NCBI GenBank assembly: GCA_012295275.1
Contig: CM022670.1
Location: forward strand, 29,636,001 to 29,700,000
Direction of reading: 5' to 3'
Origin: Chrysomallon squamiferum
Taxonomy: Eukaryota > Animalia > Mollusca
DNA length: 64,000 nucleotides
Shown: positions 38,203-49,931 of the stretch, one piece after another
How the letters are laid out: every line of letters starts with the position of its first letter
Numbering within the stretch: position 1 is the first letter of the stretch
The notes under the pieces: model-generated
What the model saw: the letters and a program-made list of their open reading frames with translations, nothing else
What the model was told of the DNA's origin: nothing
The model's database searches: none
Position numbers and translations under genes: made by a program

Positions 38203-38847
38203 AATGTATCAGAAAAACGAACCCAAATGTAAATCTTGGCAGCATGCACACACTTACCGTTACTTTCTCACTGCATTCAATAAACGGTATCCGAAATCTT
38301 CGTATATACAGTTCTAAATTTACGGAAGTAAAACAGGACTCTCAGACGGTAAATACTATTCTACGTGAGAAAACCAGATCCTTGAATGAAAAGAGAAACA
38401 GACAGATGTTTCGCGGGTCATTCTTTCAAACGTTTCGCCTGTTATACACACTTTCCAAACGATGTGTCACATCAGTAGGCGGGTTTGTATTGGTGTCATG
38501 GAAACAGTATTTTTAACAGAACGAGTAGTGAAGCACACGAAGGCAGTGAACTGAAGAGTATCGCAGCAGCGGTTTTTCTAAAGAGCAGCACAGAATAACA
38601 GAAAAACTTTCGTTTCAGTACTGAAGCAGAACAATAATAATAATAATAAAAAATAATAATAAATAAATAAATAAAACTTCTTCTTAACATAAGGGAGAAT
38701 AAAATTATGTCTGTACTGATGTCTAAATAAATCTTTATAAACATATAAACATATCCTGCGATGCTTATTATTTATTTTTAATTTAATGTATTTTTATTTT
38801 ATTTTTTATTTTATTTTTGTATTTATTTATTTATTTATTTATTTATT

Positions 38848-39746
38848 TGGTATGTTCCCAAAACTGGCAGTCTCCCAGTTATGTAATCGGTGAGGTGTTA
38901 TAATCCGCTTCCAGAAATGGGAAAACTGGCGTGAGCAATTAAGGCCGGAATAGAGATTGCAAGAAAATTAATGTTTGGAGACATGAAATTAATGTTGAAT
39001 CTCAGTAAAATTTGGAGATAGGAAATACTACCAATTTAGACATGTGGGATTAACAAGATCAATTAAGAGATGTATAAAATACTACCTATATAAATACTGT
39101 ACAGTCATGATGTTTGTTATGTTTGATCATGGCTGCGAAGGGAGAAATTTTGGACGGCAGAAAACCAGGTGCGGGCCTCAAACTTGATGGATAAATGTAT
39201 GCACGGCGGATTAATAACAAGAATGGTACGGTACCATGGAGATGTTTGTATTCGAGGTGCCTTGCCACCGTGACTACTACACCGGTTGGGTCTGTGGTCA
39301 GGAGAGGTTAAGACCACATCCATTCCTCGGATGAAAGCGAAGTTGCTGTCCACCTACTGACCAACATCATGCGGAAGCCCCGCCGCACAGAAGAAGACAA
39401 GCACAAGATCTTCCAGCTGGGATTGAAGTACGTCACGTGTACCCGGGACACGGCTTCCTACTTGTCAGCTTGCGGTGGAGTGCTTTCTGGGACATTTCTT
39501 GTGTAGAGTGTGACTGATTGTCCTACAAATTGTGGACAAAATACTGTTTCACAAAAGTACATCAAAAGTACATCAAGTAAATATGCCTTAAATAGTATGT
39601 AACTGACAGCATATGTCTCCTGATATTAATCAAGGGTTTTAAACTTTAATTAAGATGACGGAACACCAATTAGTAAGGGTGAGAAATAAAATGCCAGAAA
39701 TGGAACAACTGGCGTGTCCAATTAAGATGTGTTATATTCTCACTGA
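38848..39746 (+). mobile_element. MULE derivative, copy 2, with FLYWCH zinc-finger pseudo-ORF (39129-39506)
   Basis: MAAKGEILDGRKPGAGLKLDG*MYARRINNKNGTVPWRCLYSRCLATVTTTPVGSVVRRG*DHIH (FLYWCH pattern, two stops) fused to a MULE-like tail KIFQLGLKY...SYLSACG. Shares termini and body with 33716-34258. Confidence 0.72.
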
Positions 39747-41041
39747 AATATGCCGAAAATAGTAAGTAACTAACAGCATATGTCTCCTGACATTAATTAA
39801 GGGTTTTAAACTTTTTCTGGTCCGTTGTTATCAGAGATGACAGAAAAATTGTTAAATAGTAGCAAAGGATATGTTTGGTTATTGTAAAGAGATTTATAAT
39901 ATATAATTATTGATATTTATAGGAACAGTTTTGGAGGCTAATTTCTAATCAGTGCTCCATTAAATGCTTATTTCTACAGCTGGCGCCACTGTCAGCTTTC
40001 AGGTTTCATATTATCCCACAGTGTGTATAGTACAAATCACATATTATATATAAATGACTGTGTAATTTGTTTTAATACAAACTTTAGCACGGCAATATAC
40101 AGACTGATCGAAAAATGAAACCTAAAAGAAATTATAAAATTATTCATATTCGTATTCTTCCTTTTCTTCTTCGTACTGTTGTCATCACTGCTGTCGTCGT
40201 AGTTATTATTTTCTTTGATCTTCTTATTTTTATTATTACCACTACTATTATTATTCTACTATTGCTACTACTATAACTACAGCTATTACTAATAGCATTA
40301 CTTCTTTTACTACTACTACTACTAATAATAATAATACTATACTAATACCACAACTATTACCACTATTAATATTATTGCTACATCATAAATCATCATAATT
40401 GTTTTCATTATATCATCATCATCATCACTTTCCACATTATCTTTATCGTCATACACCATCAGTCTACATATAAAGAACATTATAAGAAATCATTATTATC
40501 TCGTGAAAATGGACTCGTCGCATCGATAATAAATCGAAGAAGCAGATCAAGATGTGATTATACTTCATTGTGACATCATAGCCAAAAAGAATTTCATTAA
40601 ACTCTCTTAATTAACTTGTTTGTCGCTAGAAATTTTCAAACAATGGGGTTTTCCCTTCTGATACAAATACTTCAACGATCGTGAGATAATCATTATAGTA
40701 AGCTTCTGTTACTGTTATATTTCCAGTGGACAATGACACTGATTTTATTATCATAAACTGTAAAGTAACAATTTAGAGATACATAATACAGTCATATTTA
40801 CAAATAAATGCAATACATGTGTGGAAAGTTAATGTGACATGTAGACAGTAATTAATCTCTCGAGAGATAGTTTCTGTTTCCTCAAACTCAATAAAATGAA
40901 CAAACGGATGTTTAGCGTGTATCACAGTTGTATTGTTTATGTCAAACATTCAGTGAATTCAGTAGTTTCTTTTCCAAGTTAGGGCTCACGAAATATCGCG
41001 ACTTAGAACTCGCCAACCCCCCCCCCCAAAAAAAAACACCC

Positions 41042-41119
<78 letters not shown>

Positions 41120-42278
41120 AAATAAAAAATAAAAATAAAAATTTAATTAAAAAAAAAAGTTGGATAGTAAAAAGAAAATTAAGTGTTAGAATTATTTCGT
41201 AACAAAAGGTTGGTTTATAATATATCTTGACGTAATCCGTTAGTTATAAGCTATACAGCTAAAGTTTAACTATTAGAGGTTTGTTTTTTAATTTACTTAA
41301 ATGTGCATATAATTATATCACATGTGTATCTGTGAAAGAGAGAGAAAGAGAAACAGACATATGTAGATTTATTTGGAGCGAGATAGAATTAGAGAGAGTG
41401 ACTGAGAAGAAAAGAAAGAGAGTTAATCCTGAGTGTATAAATTTCATTTGGCTGTTTTTAATAAAACGTATATTAAACTCTATCAATTTAAATTATGAAT
41501 TTGGTGAAATGTTGAAATAACTTAAATACATTTTGCATACTTCAAAGTTATTATTTTATTTATCACAAATGTTCAGTCTTAACTATTAATAACATTTAAT
41601 AATATTGCATCAAACTTACGAGAAGGGTGGAGGCTCGTATTTCACTTTATCACGACAGTCAAACTGTTTTCTCAGCCACCTCTCTACAACAGCGAGCTTT
41701 CTCGGACACTTTATTTTATTGCAGATTTTGACTTAATATGGCAAATTGTATAAAATGTCATCATGAAAAATAAATAATATTAGTTAACATGCTTCCTCGG
41801 GCCTTTTTATTAGTAATATTTAGTATTCAGAATTAAGTGAAATAATCACATGACCATGATAATGATGATGATAATAATATTAAAGGTACACTTGAACTGA
41901 TCAGCTTCACTAGAGGTTACCAGTGCTTGATATTCTGAATAACGACAACAAAACAGAATGTATTTCGAAACAATTTTATTGTTTCTTTATTTAATATTTT
42001 TTTTTTTTATAATTGTATTTACATTATTAAATATATCACAGACTCGCTTTATACTGATTATGTTTTGACTGTATTTTCTAAGAAATATATAGAAATATTC
42101 ATTGATTTTATTATCATTTTTTATTTTTTTTTTATTTTGAGTCTGTTAGTTTGTGTGTATGATCATAATTGTATGAATTATTATCTACTTCGTAAATCAT
42201 ATTCTGTGTCACCCACACCTCATTTAAAAGCGATATGTCGAAAAAAAAAAAGATTTGGTGAAAATTTTGTTTGAAGTG

Positions 42279-42428
42279 TTATGTAAAACTGTCCAAATAC
42301 CAGCTCCAGTAGGAAATGTTGACAATGCAAAATAAAGAAGGAAAAACAATTCTTGAAACTTTATCAACTGTCTTTGGTAAAATTCTTGGAACTGGGATTT
42401 CTTCATCGTAGTCATTTCCATTATCCGG
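42279..42428 (-). CDS. Channel B terminal exon (M4)
   Basis: [49 protein letters not shown]-stop; ttttcag acceptor. Confidence 0.92.
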   Translation of the reverse strand, partial: PDNGNDYDEEIPVPRILPKTVDKVSRIVFPSLFCIVNISYWSWYLDSFT

Positions 42429-45301
42429 CTGAAAAAAGGCAACAGAGATGTTGTTTAGAACGAACGTAAAGACATTTAGTTTTCACATCACTCTTTTTAC
42501 TACCATTATTATCAATACCACCAGTAATGCCACTGAAATTACTTATGATGGTTATTCTGTTAATGCTACTACTACTACTACTACTATTACAACTACTACT
42601 ACTATTATTACTCATGTTGCTGTTATTTTAACAAGTAATCCATATGTCTGAGATCGCTGGAAAGGCTGTAGTCAAGGACATACAGTGTTGCTATTTCGGT
42701 GAGGGTTTGTGTTGCAGAAGTAATACAAGACGATAAACCTACAGCAGAATGAGCTTAACGCAAAAACTGGAGCTTGTTAGCAAGATCAAGGCTCAATTTT
42801 AACAAAAGGATAAACAAAGTAGTAATAGCAGCAGCAGTAGTAGTAATAACAACAACAACAATAATATTAATATCAGTTGCAGTAACAGTAGAAGTACTAT
42901 TAGCAGTAATATTAGTAGAAGCAGAAGTATTATTAGTTGTATTAGTAATACAATAATAGTAGCAGGAGCAGTAGTAGAAGCAGCAGATGTAATAGCAGTA
43001 ATAGTAGCAGCAGTGGTAGAAGAATGCAAAGAGTAATGGTGAATATGTTAATAGTATTTAATAGAAGTTACAGTAGTTGTAAGTACGAGCAACCTTATTA
43101 GTTGCACTGACAGCAGTTATAGTATTCTTAGTGATGATAGTAGTTGTAATAATTCTAGTAGCAGCAATAGTAATTGTACTATTGTTAGTTGTAGAAGAAA
43201 TGGTTCATATAGCTATAGTGATATTAGTAGCAGTAGCAGTACTGATATTAGTAGTAAAGGTGGGATATTAATGTCTGCCGCGATATAATAGCAGCAACGG
43301 AAGTTGCAGTAGAAGTCGACATAGTTGCCTTAGCAGTAGTACATATAGTAGACGAGAGAAATATTGAAGAAATAGAAATGTAACTTACTAAGGGAGATAA
43401 ATCTGCTTTGACACGTCGTTTGTCTTTGTTTTTGAATTTTTGGAAGCGCCTCAAAATCACGTTGACATAGGCAAATTCGATAAAAGCTGCGAAGACGAAA
43501 AAGAGGCACACTGACATCCAGATGTCGATTCCTTTAATATAAGAAACTTTAGGTAGTGAGGACTGTGCCCCTGTACTCTGCGTTGTCATGGTGAGAACAG
43601 TTAGAACGCCCAATGAAACTCGGGCAGGGACAGCCTCGATGTTAATCCAGAAGGAGATCCAAGACAGAATGACCACGAGTGCGCTGGGAATGTATACCTG
43701 GATTAAAAAGTAACCGAACAGTCTTCTAAGTCTGAAATCTGCTTTAATGCAGGCAAATCGTTCTGGAAAAAAATAAAAAAAAAAAAAAAATAAATCAGTA
43801 GTAAAAATAAATAAATAAATTAATATTTTTAGGGTATCCTATAATTTATGTTCATTAAAATAGGCGTTTCGGTTTTTCTTCATACTAGTATTTATTCATC
43901 TATTACTGTTACTATAAGTTCAATTACATCACTTCCGCTAATATTATTGTTATTGTTGTTGTTACCGTTGTTGTTATTGTTACTGTAGCCCTTCACTTTT
44001 ATTTTATTTATATATATATATATATGTTAAACATAATGCATGTCTTTGTGTATGTCTGCGGGTGTGTGCGGTGTGTGTGAACGACGGGCGTTTAAACAAC
44101 TTTTGCCACCTTCAGAATATAAATAACACGAGCCAAAAATTTAACTAACCTTCAAAAATAGTTCTACAGTCCTGTATTTTGTAATTCTCGAATTCAAATT
44201 GAGGAATGTGCAAAGGGATTGTGTGTGATATAGGATCTGGATGTGCCCAGTGGAACACTACGTTTTCTACGGTGTAGGCATCTAAAAATAAAAATATAAA
44301 TCACCAGTTCATATATGTAATGTACAAACCGCTTTGATGACATATTTCACAACAAAATAAATGGATTAATTATTGTGTTCTCATAGCATTTAATGTGTTA
44401 AAAAGAGCGGTTATTAGTTATATTAGTTCACAGAGAGAGAAAGTGCCTGGTCTGATCGTTTCCACATTATTTTAATTCACTTAACTTTCATTTCCTCTTG
44501 AATCCTAATGCTTCCCAGATTTCCAATTTTACGTCTCTATCAACTGTAAACGCTATACATATTTTTTAATCGCGACTCTGTTTAGTAGCCTTACTACATA
44601 CGTCATCATGCCTCGTCCTCGAGAAACATGTGGCATTTTGTTTGTATATATGTTATAATCACAACAACATTATCTGGTACATCGAAGCTTTTCACAGCAA
44701 GGTGAAACCGAAGACGACAGGATTATAAAATAATAACAAAGACACCAAAAAGGGTGCGCCACGCTTTTGGAGTTTAAACGCGTACGAAGCGGACAAATTT
44801 ACTCTGCAGTTTATTTAGAATTGTTAGAAAAAAATATATACAACTATCATATGGCCATGTATGACATTAGGTCACAATTCCAGGGGTGAAAGGTTAAAAT
44901 TGCGGCAGTCAGATATTTTTATACCAGTGTTCCTTTATTGTTATATTTTGTAATAGGTCGGGCAAAACAATAAAATAGTTGACTATTACACTATCACTAT
45001 AAGGGGTATAATTCTCAAGATGAAATCAGAATGATTATTTTAAAATATATGCATAAAAGAAACTTACAACTCTGCAAAATGATGGGACATTCTTGCAAAT
45101 CAAACGGATATCTTTTTAAATCCATGTAACAACTCAGTGTCAGAGTAAGACTGTGAATAAAATGTTATTTTAGATTATTTACTATTTATAAATTATTATG
45201 ATCATCAAAAAAACATTATCATCATAATCATCTTTATAAACATTATAATCGTATCATACCATCATTATCATTATATAGTTTTATCATCATCACCATCATC
45301 A

Positions 45302-45361
<60 letters not shown>

Positions 45362-46447
45362 AAAATTTACATCAAAACAAAATTTACCGTAAACTGTATT
45401 GTACCGTTCCGTTCCGGAACAAATGTATCAGACGGTTTGGGACAGTCACATTATGAAACGATGCTTCTTTTTCGTTCCGAAAGTAAACGTCCGGAACCCA
45501 GACTCGATCTAACATCCTCGTATCCAGTTCCAGCCATGCTGATTTTGTGTGATTCTCAAACCTCAGACGTGGATCAGTCCACTGCTGTCTCAAATACAGG
45601 TTGATCGAGTAATCCTATAAAATGATGTTAATTTATCATTTAGACGTAGACGCGAGACTCACTGAAGCTGAGGTAGCAGGTGTAGCAGTGGTAGAAAAAG
45701 ACACGTAGAAACACTGTTAGTGGTAGTTATAATACTAGTATTAGTACTAGCAATAGCTGTAGAAATATTCAAACAGTAGTTGAAATATTAGTACATTAAA
45801 AGCAATACTAGTGGTATTAGCAATGGTAAATATTTATTGTAGTTCCAATAGCTATAGTAGTAGTGGTAGTAGTAGTTGTAGCAATAATGAAAAAAAGAAG
45901 AAGGAAAAGAAATCGCCTGTCTTTGTTATTATTATTATTTTTTATTCATATTTTTGTTTTTGTTTTTTGTTTGTCAATTACTAGCAAAGGATCTTGCACC
46001 TTCCCATAGACAGGAGAGCACATATCACAGATTAATTAATCGTTATCAAAAGTTTGTCGAAATTCATACCAGGCTGCCCTCATTTACTGAGTCAAAGCTG
46101 AGAATGTAGAGCTGGAGAGAGACATTTGTAGGATAATCTGCACAAATAAATTAATAAAATTAAAAACTAGAATTCAGGTTTCTTGTTCACAGGCGTCAGT
46201 ATAAAGTGATTGTTAAAAGGAAATGTTTAAAATAACTTTCTTTTTTCTGGTTACTCTATTTGCAGTCTATAATTCTCAACACTTTACGGTTCATTGAACA
46301 CTTAACAAAATAGACTAGAATAAAAACAGTAAGATTAAATATAAAATAAATAATAACTGTAAAAGTCCGTACACTTTTCAAGATTTCCTTCAGATATTCA
46401 AAAATAGCTGTAATACGTACGTAAGATGCTGACATACAAAACATTTG

Positions 46448-46540
<93 letters not shown>

Positions 46541-47164
46541 CGCTCTGTCTGTCTCTCTCATAAATTTATGCCATACCTTTTTCATAATCTGGAGGTATTC
46601 TTGGATCGTAGTATTTCTCATCTAGAAGTGCGGCCAGTACTTCTCGCCTTTAAAAGAAACAAGCAGTTCGGCATGAATGAATTTTTGTTCTGTGTTTCTA
46701 TTGCACACCTTTAAAATATCTTATTTTTCGAATTTGAAATTATGATTATAAAAACAAAATTAAGTAAACATTTCTCCAGAATGAATGAGCTGATAATATG
46801 TTTTGAATTCAGATTTATAATAAATAAGTAAATAAATAAACAAAATAATAATAATGAGGAAATTTTGTCTGTAAAAGTACGTTGGCGTGTATATATGTAT
46901 GTATGTATGCATACATATATATATTTTAATATTCATATACTCATAAAATAATACTAAATATCAAAAATCTTTAATATTTTATATCACTGTCGATATTCTA
47001 AAAATTGGTGTTCAGTTAAAATGTTCCATATCTTTTTAACATAGAGAGGCAATCGTGTAATTGTATCTGAGAATGCTGTCATACCTAGACATGCTGCTGT
47101 GTATGTCTGGTCCGCTGGCATCAGATAAATGAGCGAGAAGAAGAACGAGGAAAACAACAGGCAT
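42279..47164 (-). CDS. Cys-loop ligand-gated chloride channel subunit B (GluCl/GlyR-like, ~394 aa). Exons 47164-47085, 46647-46577, 46137-46070, 45614-45388, 45150-45068, 44281-44150, 43762-43389, 42428-42279
   Basis: Joined frame 1185 nt. Signal peptide [16 protein letters not shown]; YDPRIPP; YLRQQW; [11 protein letters not shown]; Cys-loop [15 protein letters not shown]; LQSYAY; [17 protein letters not shown]; M4 [20 protein letters not shown]. Confidence 0.95.
43389..43762 (-). CDS. Channel B exon (M1-M3)
   Basis: [18 protein letters not shown]...PARVSLG...GIDIWMSVC...LSPL|gtaagt. Confidence 0.96.
44150..44281 (-). CDS. Channel B exon (loops B, F, C)
   Basis: [43 protein letters not shown]; 132 nt. 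Confidence 0.92.
44481..44897. mobile_element. Possible decayed TTAA-flanked MITE (piggyBac-like) in a channel B intron
   Basis: ttaactttcatttcctcttgaatcctaatg versus right-end reverse complement ttaacctttcacccctggaattgtgacctaatg. Confidence 0.35.
45068..45150 (-). CDS. Channel B Cys-loop exon
   Basis: [27 protein letters not shown]; 83 nt. Confidence 0.95.
45388..45614 (-). CDS. Channel B exon (loops D, A, E)
   Basis: [17 protein letters not shown]...PDVYFRNEK...YSLR; 227 nt. Confidence 0.95.
46070..46137 (-). CDS. Channel B exon (beta1/loop G)
   Basis: [22 protein letters not shown]; 68 nt. Confidence 0.93.
46452..46537. repeat. (CT)n microsatellite
   Basis: Pure CT run. Confidence 0.95.
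46577..46647 (-). CDS. Channel B exon (N-terminal helix)
   Basis: [23 protein letters not shown]. Confidence 0.92.
47085..47164 (-). CDS. Channel B signal-peptide exon
   Basis: [27 protein letters not shown]; phase-2 donor AG|gtatga; acceptor at 47181. The frame stays open to the acceptor, so an upstream ATG is possible. Confidence 0.8.
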
Positions 47165-48370
47165 GTGACTGAGTCTTCTCCTGTCCAAATATAACAAATG
47201 ATATTACAGTCTATATAACTGTGATTTTTTACACATCGTTGTCTTGTTTTACCGTATCGTTATTCTAATGATTATCATATTATTATTATTACTAGTGTTG
47301 TTGTTGTTGTTATTTTGACAAGTAGTAGAAATAGCATTAGTAGTGGGAGTATTAATAGTAGTAGTAGTAATAATGGTAGGAATAGTAGTAGTAATGGTAA
47401 TAGTAATAGTAACAGTAGCAGTAGTAGTAGTAGCAGTAGTAATAGTAGTATCAGAGGTTGTAGTAGTAATAATCGAAATAGTTGAAATAATAATTATAGC
47501 TGCAATAGTAGTAGTAGTGGCAGAAGTAGTGGCAGAAGTAATGGCAGTAGTAGTGTTAATAGTAGTTGTAGTGATAGTGACAGTAGTAGCAGTAGTAATA
47601 ACATTAGTAGTAGTGGTGGTAGGTGGTGTAGGTGGTTGTAGAAGTAGTATTACAAAGCTTTATTTACTTGACCCTATTACAGATAGAACTGCTTTGGAAT
47701 AAAGTGTCATACTTAATTTTCCAAGGATAAGTCATTCGGATTCAAATTCTAATATGAAATATTTAATTTAAAACCTGTCATTTACCATTAGAGCGTTATC
47801 TTGTTTACAACCAATATGAATAACATTTTCCATCCACCTCCCACAAAAAGAATAAATAAATACCACTAAACTACGTTCTAATGTAACAAAAGTGTAAATA
47901 TTTTAAATATGTGTATTACCAACGTTTTGTTTCGCAGCGGAAATAATCAGTTGATGTAAATCAATATAATTAACAAAACCAAAGTAAAATAAAATAAATA
48001 GATAGAAAAGCATATTCATTTTTAACATATTACAGAACTACCAACAAACCGGGCATAAACTGCCCCTGGTTATTCTTGTTGTGGTATATAATTTGCTAAT
48101 TTTCCACTGATCTGAAAAATTGAAGATTATTTCAACTAAACCTTTGATTTCTGCCAATTGAAAATTAATGATTTTTCTGCGTTAATTTAATCGTGTTCTG
48201 GTTTACGTAAAAAGGTAATTGTATACTTTTGAATATCACACCAATTTTAAATGATTAAATGCATTTATTTTTAATTTTGATACATCGTGCTATGTTGAAC
48301 AAGAATGCGTTATTCTGCAATACTTTAAAGTCACGTCGGTTTACCTTACGCCGCTTTACTTCACTTCATA

Positions 48371-48590
48371 CCACGTTACCTCGCTTTATACCACGCTACC
48401 TCGCTTTATACCACGTTACCTCGCTTTATACCACGTTACCTCGCTTTATACCACGCTACCTCGCTTTATACCACGCTACCTCGCTTTATACCACCTTACC
48501 TCGCTTTATACCACGTTACCTCGCTTTATACCACGTTACCTCGCTTTATACCGCGCTACCTCGCTTTATACCGCGTTACATCGCTTTATG
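48371..48590. repeat. 20-bp minisatellite (ccacgttacctcgctttata) x~11
   Basis: Directly visible tandem units with few substitutions and degenerate flanks. Confidence 0.95.
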
Positions 48591-48907
48591 TTACGTTACA
48601 TTTAAAAATTGTTGAATAGTGAAATCACCGCTTATAGTGTTCACGTCTCACGTTTAGCATTATTTATTCCCTTCTAAATCCCTCAAAAGTAAATTTATTT
48701 AAAAACAGTAATTTAATGTTAAATCCACGCATTCTTGCGATAACGTTGATTTCCTTTCAAAAGGGTGAACTAATGGCATAACAAGTACTTAGAGACCAGT
48801 TTTCATTTTCTATATCTATTCATCTATCTATTCAACTATAAATAACTTTATGTACATATACTGATTATATGCAACGCAGTCTAAATATATATATATATAT
48901 ATTTATA

Positions 48908-49931
48908 CAGTGGACTCTGTCAAAACCGGACTCGCGTGGGACAATACGAAATGAGCCGTTTTAGACAGAGTGCCGGTTTATAAAAATCAAATATGAAACT
49001 GGAATATGTTTTATTACAAATGTTACATTGAAACCTGAGTGTCGGCTGAGAAACAGTTTGTAACTTATGATTCCGTTTTCTTTTCTTTTTCCATATTTCT
49101 CTCCAAAGCAAACTCCTCTGTCATGGCCTCCATGTTTAACATCGGTTGCAAAAGTCTGATTTCGGTAGTAGTAGCAAAATAATTAATTTGTTTTGTCTAT
49201 TTAAGAAAATCTGTATCCGAAAGTTCGGTCATAGGTTATTGTGCGTATCGTCAGTCCATCCAGATTTTTGACCTTGCCGAAATGTTGGATTCGTACAATT
49301 GCCGGTAATGGTCACCAAGTTTTAAACTACTATCCGTCTTCGTATTTTAAACTGCATAGTCAGTGTTCATGCGAAGGGGCGACCTGGGAGAAATACTCGC
49401 CTTTTTGTTCTAAACTTCGCCTTACCCACGCAAAGTTTAAGCCGCCTTTTGGAAGTTGAAAGTATCGATACATATTTTGCGATCGGCAAGCGAACTTCCT
49501 TTATTTCCGTCAAATTATATTTATTAACGAATCGTGTCACTAACAGTATGAATAGCTGCAAAATATGCATTGTTGTAATTAGAGGTTGCCAATAAACACA
49601 GATATTTTAAACTTGTATTCAAATTAAATTAACTGATACACGGACATGGTAACTAACTGTACAGAATTACATGTAAAGATTACAATTAAGAAACCACATA
49701 AGTAGAGGTCCGAAATTCAAGATAGCAGGCTGCAAGTAATCGTAAACAAACATAAGAATAAATAATTTTATCACTTATGGCATGAGTCTGTATAACATAT
49801 TTTTCTAAAGGCCCTGAAGTAGATAGCATACGGATTAGACAATATTTTGTTCATAGCAGATTAACGATAACTGATCGGGACTTTGAAAAAAATCCGAGTT
49901 AGCCAAACGCCGATTTCCACAGAGTCCACTG
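48908..49931. mobile_element. Tc1/mariner-pogo (Tigger-like) non-autonomous element, ~1.0 kb
   Basis: TA|cagtggactctg ... cagagtccactg|TA terminal inverted repeats with TA target duplication. Confidence 0.75.

Noticed and set aside
24000-42000. Further alternative signal-peptide exons or a third channel paralog between the two genes
   Set aside because: I checked minus-strand donors near 26038, 27673, 29034, 30684, 33585, 34884 and 38257. None has an ATG-led hydrophobic phase-2 ORF, and no Cys-loop motifs were seen. They may be UTR exons.
14357-47164. Cephalopod chemotactile-receptor-type or nicotinic receptor cluster
   Set aside because: Both genes have the anion PAR motif, a GlyR/GluCl-type loop C disulfide and GlyR/GABA-type exon structure, not nAChR features.
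47343-47702. 119-aa Val/Ile-rich membrane protein ORF
   Set aside because: Translation of degenerate (GTA)n microsatellite. The same applies to ORFs at 7089, 8131, 9468, 21767, 42774, 46256, 55343 and 57057-57448.
48259-48615. 118-aa repetitive protein
   Set aside because: Read-through of the stop-free 20-bp minisatellite.
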